Positions 36,706 to 48,722 of a DNA stretch of 64,000 nucleotides are shown here, piece after piece (positions within the stretch are counted from its first letter, which is position 1; each line of letters starts with the position of its first letter). The notes beneath the pieces are model-generated. The model was not told the DNA's origin, did not search any database, and saw only the letters and a list, made by a program, of their open reading frames with translations. The DNA comes from Scenedesmus sp. PABB004 (taxonomy: Eukaryota), in the NCBI GenBank assembly GCA_014905635.1, contig JABVCE010000007.1, forward strand, positions 434,001-498,000, read 5' to 3'. Both the position numbers and the translations under genes were made by a program.

Positions 36706-39634
36706 TCACGCGCCGCCGCCGCGCTCGCACGCCCAGCTCAGCAGCTGCGCCGGCGCCGACAGCCCGGGCATCGCGCCCAGCAGCGCCCGCCCCGAGGGCT
36801 GGCACCAGCAGCCGCCCGAGTTCCAGGCATCCACGAAGCCGCAGCACACCGCCGGCACGCCCCGCCCGCCGCACTGGCTCATGCCGGCGATCGAACGCAC
36901 GCACGCGTCGCCGGCGTCGTCCGCGCTGCGGGGCGCCTCGCCCGCCACCTCGGGGTCCGCCTCGGGGCCCGCCTCAGGAGGGCCCGCCTCGGTTCGGTCG
37001 TCGCACCGCGTCGCCGCGCGCGCGGCGGCCTCGCTGAAGCGGCCCTCGCCATCGCTCCAGCGGCTGGCGCCGAGGGCGCGGCGCGGGCCGGGGCTCGCGC
37101 CCGGGCGCGGGCCCGCGCCGCCGCGCTCGCTGCCCCCGCGCCAGGTGGCGCCCGGCACGCGCGGCACGCTGTCGGCGGGCACCGCCTCGGCCTTGGGCGT
37201 GAGGAGCAGCGTGGCGTGGGGCAGGAGCGCGCGCGGGTCGGGGCCCACGCCCGTGAGCGGGCTCGAGTATGCACGAGAGATGACCATCAGCGGCCGCGCC
37301 CCGGGCAGGGCCCCTCCAACAGGCAGCTCCTTGCACGGCAGGCCGACGCCTGCGGCGGCCGCGGCGGCGGGGGTGGGGTCGGCGCACGCACAGCCGCGCG
37401 TGCCCGCGCAGTGCCGCCCGGGGCCCGCGCATGGCCGCGCAGGCGGGGCATCAGCGCCGCTGACCCGTGCAGTTGCGCGCGAACGCGGCGACGTACAGCG
37501 CCCGCGCCGCCCTGGCCTCGCCGGCGGTGGCCGCGGGCGCCGGCGCGGCGGCGGCAAAGGCGTTGACAAACGCGGCGGCGGGGTCGGGCAGGCGCGGCGG
37601 CGGCGCGGCGGCGAGCTCCGCGTCGTCCCACGCGACCAGGCCCGCCTGCGCCAGCGGGTCGGTCAGCGCCACGCTCATGTAGGTGGCCTGGCCTGCGGCG
37701 CGGGCCGGGGCGCGCCGACGCGCACGTGCGGCGCACGCGTGAGCGGCGCCCGGCCAAGGCCGCGAGGCGAGTGCTGTCGGCCAGGGCGCGGCGGCGCGGC
37801 GCGCACCTGCCGCGACGTAGTTGACGCCGGCGACCAGCAGCACCTGGCCGGGCCGGTCCAGGCGGACGGGCGGCAGCGAGCTGAGGTAGGTCGCGTCGCG
37901 GTTGTCGCCGTTGCAGATGTCCAGCTGGAGCGTGACGCAGTCGCGGCCCGAGTCGACGCTCAGCAGCTCGAGCGCCGCGGCGGCGCCGAGGCCGTGTGCG
38001 ACGGCAAAGCCGGGCGCCAGGCTGGCCGCCAGGCCGTCCACGAGCACGTCCAGCGCCGCCGCCTCGGCATTCTGCCGGCCGGCGACCGTTGCCTGCAGCG
38101 CTGCCGTGAGCGCGCGGGTGACCGCGGCCGCCGGCGACGACCCGTTGCAGCCCGCCGCGCACGCGGGCGGCGCGTCCCGCCTGTCAATGGGCCGCGGCAG
38201 CTGGAAGCGGTCAGCCGCTGCCCCCACCCGCGAGGCCGCCCCGCCGTCCGCCGTCGCGTTGGCGGCGGTGCCGTTGGCCGCGGCGGGCGGCGCCGCTGCC
38301 GGCGTGAGGCGCCACGCCGCGAGGTGCGAGGCAGCGCCGCCGCCGCCGCCGCCGCCGCCGCCCGGGCCCGCGACGGCGCAATGTGGCGCATCAGCAGGGC
38401 GTAATAGCTCCCCTGCGGCCCCAGCCCGAGCGCATCGCCAAAAACGGGCCCCGGGATCGGCAGCACGTTGACGAGCGGCCGCGCCCGCAGCGCGGCTGCG
38501 GCGGCGCCGCCCAGCCGCGCCGCGGCGGCTGCGGCGGCGCGCCGCATCGCTGCGGCGGCCGCCTCGACGCTGCTCGGGCTGGCGCCCATCAGCACGACGG
38601 TCAGGCCAGAGAAGTCCCCTGGCGCGGCGCCCGGCAGCGCCGGCGCGCCCCCGCCCGGGAGGATGGGCGCGCTCGTGTTGAGCCGGCCCGCGGCGCCGCC
38701 GCCCGGACCCGCCACGAGCGACGCGGAGTCGCCGGTCGAGGCAAAGGCGGTCAGCCACTGCTGCTGCTCGGGGAGGAACGTGGCGTAGAGATAGCCGGTC
38801 GCCGCAAAATACCTGAGGAGCGCGGCGCGCGCGGGGCGCGGCGGGCGGCGGGTCGGCGTGGGTCGCGCAGGCCCCCCTTGTGTGCAGGGCGTGCACTGCC
38901 AGCACCGGCCACGCCGCAGCGTACCTGCTGTCCTCGGCCGGCGGCACGCAGCCCGCCACCGCGACAACCTCGCGCGGCGCGAGCCGCCACGTGGGCGCGG
39001 CGCGGCGGTCGTAGCCGGCCGCGTGCGGCGCCGCGCTGCCGTCGGACGCGTCCTCGCCCGGCGCGAGGGGCAGTAGGGTGATGCCGTAGGCCGCGCTGGG
39101 GTTGCTGAACGCGCAGTCGGGCGCGCAGGCCTCTGCGGCGCCCCAGTCGACCGCGCCGCGGCCCGCCGCAAACGCCGGCGCGCCGCCGCCGCTGCCGTTG
39201 AGCGGCGCGGCGAGCGTCGACTCGATGGCGTCAAACAGCACAGCAGCGGCGGCCGCGCACGCGCTCGGCGGGCCCGGCGGCGGCGGCGGCGGCGGCGGGA
39301 GCGCCGGGAGCGCCGGCCGCGCTGCCTCGCCCAGCACTGCCGCCAGGCCGGACGCTACGGCGGCGGCCGCCACGCTGGCCTTCACCGCGTCGCGCCGGCC
39401 CGGCAGCGCGGGGTCGACGGCGCGCGGCCGGCGCGGCGTGCCGCTCAGGCGGCGCGCGAGCCCGCTGTCCGCGCCGACCAGCGCGCCGCGCCAGTCGTCG
39501 AGCACCAGCGACGGGCGGACGCCGTCACGCCCCAGGACGCCGTCTCGCCCCAGGAGGCGGCCGCCGCGCTGCGCTTGGCCGAGCCGCAGCAGCAGCACGA
39601 GCAGCAGCGCAGCCGCCGCTGCGCCGCGCGGCAT
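36706..39634 (-). CDS. Uncharacterised secreted protein with a C-terminal Cys-rich module, multi-exon
   Basis: Signal peptide MPRGAAAAALLLVLLLRLGQA; conserved-looking blocks CAFSNPSAAYG, GCVPP..R|YFAATGYLY, FASTGDS, CNGDNRDATY, ISRAYSSPLTGVGP; plausible GT-AG introns. Confidence 0.75.
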
Positions 39635-39705
39635 CGTGAGCAGCCGCCTGGTTCGCAACGGCAGCGTTCAAAGTGTCTAGAGCGCGCGGGCAGGCAGGCG
39701 AGGCT

Positions 39706-40189
39706 CGCGCGTGCGCCGCTGCGGCCGCGTGCGCCGCTCGGCCGGCCGTGCGGGGGCTGCGGCGGGCGCGGTGGGGCAGGGTCAGGCCTGAACTCTGGCG
39801 CGGACGGCGCGAGGGGGCTAGCCGAGGGGCGCGCGCGGCGGCGCGCTGCGGTTTGGCGGGCGCCAGGGTAGAGTGGTCGCCGGGGGCGAACGGCAGCTCG
39901 CCCGCGCGCGCCCGGTGACTTTGCGCGCGCGGGCGCCCACGCGGCGCCGTTGGGCCGGGCCGATCGGCGGCGCCGCCCGTGCGGTGCGGGGGACGCGGCG
40001 GCGCGGCACAGGCGCTGGCCGACAGCACGAGGGCATCGTGGGCGCCCAGCGCTCCCCCTGACCCTGCGGAGGCGGCCGCGACCCGTCGGGCAGCTTCCTG
40101 GAGGCGGCGCGAGCCCGTTGCGTGGCAGCCGGCGTCGCCCAGCAGCACCGCACCGCGCAGCCGCTGCCGCCACTGCGCGAGCGGCTCGG
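39706..40189. repeat. Copy 2 of the ~490 bp direct repeat, upstream of the secreted-protein gene
   Basis: Same orientation as copy 1, core offset 3582 bp, with diverged flanks and small indels. Confidence 0.95.
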
Positions 40190-40956
40190 CGATCACCACG
40201 CTCGTCGGTGCGCGCGCTGGGTTTTGCACGCGGCGGCCCGCACGCGCGGCGGCGACTCAGACACAGGCAAGCCCCGCGCCTGCTTTGGTGCTCTAAGCAG
40301 CTCTAAGCAGAGACAAGCGTATCAATAGCGGCGCTCCCACGCACGACTGGGTGATTCTTCTTGTTCGACGTCAACGGGCGCGGCCGCCGCGGACCAGGGG
40401 CCGTCGACGCGGCAGCAACGCGCCCGGAGCCCGTCGCGCGCGCGCGCGCGCCCGGCCGCCCCGCCTGGAGGGTGTGGTGCAGGCGGGCGGCGCGGCGGGC
40501 GGCGCAGCGCAGCGTGCGGGCTCTCCGTCTCGCGCTCGCACGCAGCTGGCCGACGCCTCGGCGTCGGCCAAGCAGGTTTGCAACCAGGGGGCGCCACTCC
40601 CGCGCAGCACGCAGGGGCGCGCAACATCAATCGCGGCACAGCCGCCCGCGTCTAGGCCAATCAGGGGTGCGGGCCGGCCGGCGCGCAGCGGCAACGTCTC
40701 GGATCGCGGTCCATGCCCCGGCGCCCCTGTGCCCGCGGGCACGATCAGGCCGCCGCCCGCGCCGCGCCGCGCCAGGCTCTCGCGGCGGGGCCGCGCGCCT
40801 CGGAGCGTGGCGGCGCGCGCGGGCGGCGCGGGCGCCGCGGCGGCGTCGGAGCTCCTGCGGCTGCCCGTTGCCGCCGTCAGCACTGGAAGCGCCGCGCACG
40901 CGTCCAGGTGTTCGCTGCTGCACCTCGACGCGCGCGACCCCGCCGCGGCCACTTTC

Positions 40957-43892
40957 TCAGCACTGAAAGCACTTGGGGAAGGGCCGGAAGTGCGCCACGT
41001 CGGCCGCGAACTGCGACGCGCTGTAAAAGATGCCAAAGCCCGTCCCGCTGATGAGGAAGAAAGCCACGATGAAGATGTTGAGCGCGTGCACGCCCCGCCA
41101 GCCGCCCAGCAGGCGCATCATCCACCTGCGCGGCGTCGGCGACGGCGCCGGCGGCGGCGGGGCTCAGCGCGCGCGGCGGCGGCGCGGCGGCGGCGCGGCA
41201 TGCGGCGGCACGACCGCAGCGGCGGCGGCGGCGGCGGCGCGCGCGCGCGCGCGGCCGCACCGCGGCGGCGGGCGCGCGCAGGCGGCCTGCGCCTCGGGCG
41301 TGCGGTGCAGCCAGCTGTACGCGGCCGCGGGGAAGGCAAACGCGATGAGGGGGCTCGTGATGGCGGCGACGATGGCGTTAATGGTGCCATAGAAGGGAAA
41401 CGCCGCCGCAAACACCGCGACGCTGATGGCTGCGCGCGCGCGCGGGGCGGGCCGGCGCGGCGGCGTCACCTCGTCAGAGCGCCGGCGGCGTCACGCCGGC
41501 GGCCACGTCGCGTCGGCGGTGGCGCCGTGTGCGGCCGGCGCGTGCCAGGCGGCGGGCGCGCGCGGCGAGTGCGCGGCCGCGCGCTCACAGACGGGGAGGC
41601 GCGCAAAGACGCGGATGTACATGGGCTTGCTGTGCACGCGCAGGGCCTTCTCGGCCATGTAGTACAGCGGCGCAGAGTAGAGGCAGAACGCAATCACCTG
41701 CCAGCGGCACCGGCGGCGGCGGCGGCGGCGGCGGCGGCGCGCCCGGGGCGTTTGGCAGGCGGCGTGCGGCGCGCGGCCCCCTGCCGTGCGGGGCGGCGCC
41801 GCCTGCCGCGCGGGAGGGGGCGCGGCGTGCGCGCGCGCCCGGACCAACCTGGTGCGCCAACATGAGGTAGATCGAGATGCGCTTGGCCACGGTGAGCGGC
41901 AGGATGCCGTACACGTTGCCTGGGCGGCAGCAGACAGCAGGCGGCCCGGGTCGGCGGCGCGCGCACGCAGCTGCCGGCCAGCTGCGTGCCCCCGCGCGCG
42001 CGCGCGCGCCGCCGCCGCCGCCGCCGCGGTGCTCCACGCGCGGCGCGCACCGTTGTGCAGCGCCTGGTCGGGCCACGCGATCTGCACCGCGGTCGAGTGG
42101 GGCATGGTCAGGCTGAAGATGTAAAGGAAAGACCAGCCGTACACTGGCGTGTAGCCCTCGGGCACAAACATGCTGTCCATGATCTCGCTGCGGCGCGAAA
42201 GGGTTCAGGGTCGAGGGTTGAGGTTAGGGCGGGGTGGGCGGGGTGTGCGGGCGGGCGAGCACGCGCGCGGTGTGGGCGCCGCCGGCCGGGCCCCCCTGGG
42301 CGCGGCGGCGGTGGCGGCGGCGGGTGCGGGCGCGCTCACAGCGCCATCGCGTGGCCGCCAAAGGCCGACATGATGACGGAGAAGCCGGTGAAAAAGTCAC
42401 GCATGCTCCGGGGCCCGCGCGCCCAGCTCGCCGCCGGGCCGGCGAGCGCGGCGGCGCCCACGATGTACCTGCGCGGCGCGCGGCGGCGGACGCGGCGGCG
42501 GCGGGCGCGTGAGCCCCGCCCCGCGTGCGGCGGCGCCGGGCGCGCCAGCACCCCCCCCCCCCCCCTCCCCTTTCCCTGCCAATGCCTCTCTGTCACTGAC
42601 AAGACTCGCCCTCCCTGCCCGCCGCCGCAGCGCATGCCTCACCACGCGGTGAAGGTCGTGCCAAAGAGGCCGAGGACGTTGATGATCCTGAAGTGCCGCA
42701 GCGTCGGCAGCAGCACCGAGACCTGCATCAGCACGCCAAACACGATGCCCAGCTGCCTGCGCCACGCGCGGCGGGAGCCGCAGCAGCGGCGGCGGCGGCG
42801 GCGGCGGCGTGGGCGCGCGACCGAACACGGCGGACGGCGCCGGGCCGGGGCCGGCGCGCGGCGCGGCGCTGCGGCTCGGCCGGCCCCTGCGGCGGCGGCC
42901 GCGCCGCACCGCTTGTCGAGCGTGTGGCCGCCGTCCTCGAGGTAGAACGCGTCACTCGCGCTCGCGACGATCTGGGACACGTTGGTGCCAAACAGGCTCA
43001 CCACGACCACGGCCTGCACCACGCGCGCCGCCCAAACACCCAGCGTGTCGCCCATGACCTCGTGGTACTGCGTGATCGCGTGGCTCTTGCCCTCCGCGCC
43101 GCCCCAGCGCCCCTCCTTGATCTGCGGCCGCCGGCGCCCGAGCCGCGCGCGCGGGCCAGCCGGCGGCGGTCGGCGGTCGGCGGTCGGCGCGCCCGCTGCT
43201 GCGGCCGGCCCCTGCCGCGGCCGGCCCCAGCCGCGGCGGCGCGCCCTTGCTGCGGCCAGCGCCCCTGCTGGCGGCGGGGCGCACCAGGCGGTGCTTGCGC
43301 TCGACGTAGAGGGCGATGAGGATGTACATCGTCCAGAAGCTCAGCCCCGCGCAGCCGAGCGAGAGCGGCAGCGCCGCGGCGAGCCCGACCTTGCTGTACG
43401 CGTTGGGCAGCGTCAGCATAATCTGCCCGATCTGGGAGCAGCACGTGGTCAGCCAGCCGTCGATCGGCAGCCCCGCGTCGCCGCCAAACCAGCCCGACAG
43501 CTTTGCGCGCCAGCCGCCACCGCCGCCATCCTCCCAGAGCGTGTCGTCGCCCGCCGGCAGCGCGTGCGCCGAGGCGTAGGCGTGGAGAGCGGCGTGCGAG
43601 CCGCGGCGGGTCAGCCCGTCCGCGCCCGCACCGTGCTGCGCGTCGCCGCAGGCCTCTGCGGGCGCGGCGCGGGCGAGGGCGGGCGGGGCGAGCTCGGCCG
43701 GCGGTGCCAGGCGCCGCCGCTGCTGACGCCGCCGAGCTCAGCCGCCGCGCTGCCGTTCGGGCCGCGGGCTGGGACGAGGCCCCTACATATGTCGCCACAG
43801 CTGACGCACGCGCGCGCGCGGCCGTGCGCGGCCCCTGCGCGCGGGGCGAACGCACCGATGACGATGGCGGCATCCTGCGCCGGCGCGCCCAT
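40957..43892 (-). CDS. AUX1/LAX-like amino acid/auxin permease (AAAP family), multi-exon
   Basis: Spliced protein is colinear with recalled plant AUX1: DGWLTTCCSQIGQIMLTLP, SFWTMYILIALYVE, HAITQYHEV, LDKR, FGTTFTAW|Y, FTG..SAFGGHAMAL|EIMDSM, LMLAHQ|VIAF..PLYYMAEK, ARLPV, FPFYGTINA, C-terminal FPKCFQC*. Confidence 0.92.
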
Positions 43893-44440
43893 GGCGTCGC
43901 GAGCTCGACCGCGGCGCCTACGCGGTCATGAGGGCTTGGCTTTGCGTGTCTGCTGCGACACAGCCGCGCGTCTTTGGTGGAGCGGAAGGAGGAGGTGCGC
44001 GCGCGCGCCCGCGCGAGGGCTGCTGCTGCTGCCCGAGGGGCTGGACGGGCCGCTGCGCTGACGAGTGGCTCTGGTAATGCAAGCTCTAGCTCGTGAGAGA
44101 GCGCGCCAGGGCAGCAGGGGCGCAGGCGGGAGGCAGGCGCAAGGGCTGGCGCGCGGTGCGGCGCGGGATAGAGTCGCCAGGGTGCGCGTCGCGACCAGCG
44201 TCAGCGGCGTGTGGGCTCGTCGAGGGAGTGCGAGAGCTCGCGCGTTCCTGCCAAAGGACGCAGTTGCGGGAACGCGCATTTCTCACACGTTTTTTGTCGA
44301 GCTCTGGAGTCTGCCGATGCTCCCACCTGCGCCGCTGGCGTTCCCGGGCGCCAGCTGGCACGCGCTCGCACGGCGCCGGGCAGGCGGCGCGGCGGCAAGG
44401 CGCGTGTCGACCGCGGGCTGCTGTTGCAGCGGCGGCGTGC

Positions 44441-46321
44441 TCAGGCGCCCTCCTCGTCGCCCTCGGAGCTGCCGCTCTCGCCGTCGCCGCCGCCCGCGCC
44501 GCCCTCCTCGCCCTCCTCCTCCTCGGCGGCGGCGAAGCGCACGAAGCGCGCGGGCTTGGTGGAGTTGTAGTGCTCACCCAGGCCGAACGCGTGGCGCAGG
44601 TAGCACACCTCCAGCGGCGGCGCGGCGCCGGCGTGCTCGTCGCCGACGCTCAGCGCGGCCATGCCGACGGCGTGCACGCGGATCTGCCGCCGCAGCGCGC
44701 GCGCAAGCGCCTGCAGCTCCAGGTGCCCGCCCCACGCCGCGGTCGTCTCCAGGGCGTAGCAGTAGCGCTCGTAGTGCGCGTCCGGGTCCTCGTCCTCGTC
44801 CTCGGGCAGCAGGAAGGGCGAGAACTCGTCCCTTGCAGGGCGCGAGGGCGGCGCGGCGGCGCGCGGCGGCGGCGCGCGGCGGCGGTGGCGGCTCGGCGGG
44901 GGGCTCGGCGCGGGGGCGCCGGCGGGGCGCGCTGCGGGGCCAGCGGCACTGCACAGCGGCGGCGCTGCAGCGCCGCGCACTTGTGCTGCCGGATGTACTC
45001 CGCCGCCAGCTCCCGCAGCTCCTGGTAGTTGGGGACCGCCGCCGCCGCGGCCGCCCCGTCGCCGTCGCCGTCGCCGTCGCCTCCAGCCGCCGCCGCCGCC
45101 GCCTCTGCCGTCGCCTCCAGCTGGTCCTCCAGCGAGCGGTAGAGGCAGTGACCGTCCGCCTGCGCCGGGCGCGGGCGCGGGCGCGCGCGTTCGGCGCGCG
45201 GCTGTGCGGGCCGCTCCAGTGCGCGCGTGCGCCGTCCGCCCGCCGCCCCGCGCGGGGCCGCACCCGGATCTCCTTGATGCCGAGGCCCAGCGGCGCGAGC
45301 AGCGCCCTGAGCGCCTTCTCCTCCTCCTCGCGCTCGCTCGGCCCGAGCGCGTCCAGCTCGGCCGCGATGCGCGCGTCGCGCTCCGCGTCGCGCGCCGCCG
45401 CCTTGTCGCGCCGCTTCTGCGCCTTGGTGGGCTTCTGCGGCGCGGCCGGCGGGCGGCGCGGCCCGGTGGGCACGCACGGCCGGGTCGGCGGCGGCCGGGC
45501 TGGCCGCCCCGGCTGCCGCGCCCGCCGCCGTGGGGAGCGGCGCGCGCGGCGCGGGGCGGCGCAGCCGGCGCGCACCTTGCCGGGCTTGCCCTGCTCTGCC
45601 TCGCCGTTGCCCGCCTCCTCCCCGACGATGCTCAGGTCCACCAGGTATTTTGACGCGCGGTCCGCCGCCGCGGCGCCGCCCGCCACGGCAGTGGCAGGGG
45701 CCGCACCACCGCCGGCCGCCGCGGCGCCGGCTGCGCCGCTGCCGGCCGCTGCGCTGCTCGCGCCGCCAGCCGCCGCGGCGCCAGCGTCCAGCGCCGCCAG
45801 CTCGCGCGCGTGGCGCGCCTCGAGCTCCGCCTCCAGCTTCGCCGCCTCGTCCTGCGAGCCAGGCGGCAGCGGGCGGCGGCGCGGTCGTGCGGGGGGGGGG
45901 GGGGGCTGCCGCGCTGCGCTGTGTGTGTGTGGCCCACCGTGCGCGCGCGCCCACCTTTTTCGTCTTCCCCATTCGCTGCGCCGCCTTTTTGTGCGCCAGC
46001 AGCTCCTGCGGCGGGCGCGCCCGGCGCCGCGTGGGCGTGCGAGCGCGCCGGCGGCCGGGCGCGCCGTCGGACGGCCGGTCGCGGCGGGCGCACCCGCTTG
46101 TGGCGCTGCAGCATCTTGCTCCGGCTCTCCGGCCCGCCCTCGCCGTCGGAGCCGTCGCCGCCGCCGTCGCCGGCGCTCGCGGTCGGCTGCTGCTGCTGCT
46201 GCGGCGGCGGCGCGCCGCTCGCCGCGGGCTGCTCCGGCGCGGCCTCCGGCGCTTCGTCCTCCGCCTTGGCACCCGGCCGGGCGGCGGACTTCATGAATCC
46301 CTTCATGCCCTTGCGCCCCAT
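44441..46321 (-). CDS. OTU-domain deubiquitinase (OTUD6/Otu2-like), multi-exon
   Basis: MLQRHKR, KPTKAQKRRDK, IKEIR|ADGHCLYRSLEDQL (catalytic Asp/Cys), LRELAAEYIRQH, WGGHLELQAL, HAFGLGEHYNS (catalytic His). Confidence 0.92.
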
Positions 46322-46601
46322 CGCAGCGGTGCTGCCGACGGCGGCGGCAGCGGTGGCGTGCCGGCGCTGCGGCGGCTGTTCCCAGTGAGGCGCGACCGGC
46401 GACTGCGCGCGGCGAGCTCGATGTGGGCAGGAGCTGTGCCGAGCTTGACCGCAGCATGAGCGGCGGCGGCGGCGGCAGCGCGGCGCGGCGTCTCGCTCAA
46501 CCGCGCCCTGACGCCTTGCGGGCCGGCCGGCCGCCCTCTAGCTCCCCCGGTCGCTGCAGCACACACTCACCCCTCCCGCGCACCACGGCGGAGCCGGCGC
46601 C

Positions 46602-48682
46602 ATGCAGCAGCGACGGCAGCCGCAGCAGCGGCAGCAGCAGCAGCAGGCGGGCGACTGGCGCGCCGTGCGGCGCCTGCCGCTCGCCGCGCTGGCCAGCGGC
46701 GCGCTACCGGCGGTCACACCCAGCTCGTCGGCCCGGCGCCGCGACGCGCCGCGCTGCGCAGGTGCGGCGGCGAGGGCGGGCGGCGCCGGACGCGGCTCGC
46801 CGCCGCTCTCGCTGCCCCCGGCGCCGCCGTTGACGTGCCGCGCGCGCCCGTGCCGCAGCGGCGGCCAGGCAGCGCGGCGCGGCCTACTACGAGAACTACC
46901 TGCGCAACCGCCGCGCGCGCGGCGGCGAGCTGCTGGGCCCGCCCGAGGGGCCGGCGCTGCTCGCGGCCGACGCGGGCGGCGCACCGGAGCAGCAGGAGCA
47001 GGAGCAGTCGGACGGGCCCGCGGACGCGCCCGGGCCGGCGAGCGCGTTCAGCCCGCGCGGCTTTGCCGCGCTGCTGGAGCAGTGCCGACTCGCGACGGCG
47101 CCCGGTCCGGCGGCCGCGGCCGCCGCCGCGGAGGGCCGCGGCGGCGCGCCGCCGCCGCTCGCGCCGCCGCCGCAGCAGGGCGCGCGCGCGCTGGACGCCG
47201 CGTCGAGCCCGCAGCAGGCGCCGCGGGAGGACTGGCAGTTCAAAGACCATCTGCCGCCGGAGCTGGCGGACGCGGTGCTCCCGGCGCTGAAGCCGCGGCG
47301 CGGGCTGACGCTCGGCCCGCCCGACCTCGCGCCGCCGCCGGGTGAGCGCGCGCCGCCGCGACGTGCGCGCAGCGCCGGATTCGCCCGCCCGAACCCCCGC
47401 CTGAACCGCCGCCGCCGCCGCCGCGCACGCGCGCAGTGGCGCAGCGTGTGGCGCTGCCGCCGCTGCCGGCGCCGCCCCCGGGGCGCGTGCGGCTGCTGCA
47501 CATGTTTTGGGACCTCGGCAGCGCGCACCCGGGCGGGCTGGACCCGCGCGCCGTCGTGTCGCGCCTGCGCGCCGCGCTTGCGGGCTACGGCGAGGTCGCC
47601 GGCATGTACGCTTATGGCCTGCAAAAGATGCTCAGCTGGGTGCCAGAGGCCTTCATGCTGCAGTACGCGCCGGAGCGGCTGCCGGGTGGGTGCGCGCGCG
47701 GGCGCGCGGCGTGGCGTGCGGCGTGGCGAGACGCGGCGCGGCGCGCAGCGCGCGGCGCGCACGCGTCGCTGAGCCGCGGCCGCGGCCGGGCCCGCGCCGC
47801 CGCGCAGGCCGGCGCGGCGCGCAGGGCCCCGAGGCGCGGCGCGCGCAGGCGGCGCTCGGCGCGCAGCTCGCGGCGCTCGAGGCGGCGGGCGTGGACGTCG
47901 GCGCCGCACTCGGCCCGCTGCGCTGCCCCGCGTGCGGCAAGCTGCGTGACAGCCACGCGCAGCTGCACCTGCACATGGTGCAGCGCCACAAGCAGCCCGC
48001 GCCGCCGCTCGAGCGCCTGCTGCCCGCGGGCGCGGCCGCGGCGGCGCTCGCGGCGGCGGGGCTGGTCGGGCCCGCGCCGGGCGCGGCCGCCGGCGGCGGC
48101 AGTGCCGCGCGCGGCGCGCGCGCGGCGCCGCGCGGCGACCCGGCCGCGCTGCGCAACAGCAGCACGCGCACGCTCGGGCGGGTGTCGCGCTACACCAACT
48201 CGCGCGGCGCTGTGTTTGTGCCGCCGGACGGGCACCAGATCAGCCTCAAGTACGTGCTGCTGCGCGAGGGCGTGGAGGTGCGCCTGGTGCAGCGCCAGAG
48301 CCGCGCGATCGACGCCGCGCTCGCCGACGGCGCGGCGCGCCTGCTGCGCCAGCTGGCCGCGCGCGACGCGGCGGGCGCGCAGCGCTTCGCCGACGTGCTG
48401 GTCGTGGTGTCGGACCGCGGCGCGCACGCCGGCGCGGTCGCGGCGTTCCGCCGCGCCGGGCTGCCGGTGCTCGCGGTGTGCCAGTCGCTGCGGAGCTACC
48501 CCGGCGCCGACGCGACGCTGCGCTGGCAGTGGCTCGTCGCCGGCCGCTACGGCGACGGCACGTGCGGCGGCGGCGGAGGGGCGGCTGAGCCCGGGCTCGA
48601 GCTCGAGCCTGGCGGCGGCGGCGCGGCTGGGCCGCGGGGCGAGGCGGCGCGTGGCGAGGCGGGCGGCGCGGCGCGAGTGTGA
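46602..48682 (+). CDS. NYN (PIN-like) domain protein with an embedded C2H2 zinc finger; start uncertain
   Basis: HMFWDLGS (NYN first motif), CPACGK..LHLHMVQRH, LKYVLLREGVEVRLV..AIDAAL, LVVVSDRG..FRRAGLPVLAV; stop at 48680-48682. Confidence 0.75.
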
Positions 48683-48722
48683 CCGGTTTCCGCGCACGCC
48701 TCACGCGCGCGCCGCGCGCCCC

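Noticed and set aside
36126..40189. Autonomous LTR retrotransposon interpretation of the direct repeats
   Set aside because: No gag/pol, TG..CA termini, primer-binding site or target-site duplication was seen, and the enclosed gene is a spliced secreted protein.
42198..42229. Degenerate telomere-like (TTAGGG/TTCAGGG) heptamers, also at ~22125, ~25792 and ~34791
   Set aside because: They are short, imperfect and intronic, just upstream of acceptors, and are better explained as branch-point-like CTRA sequences or chance.
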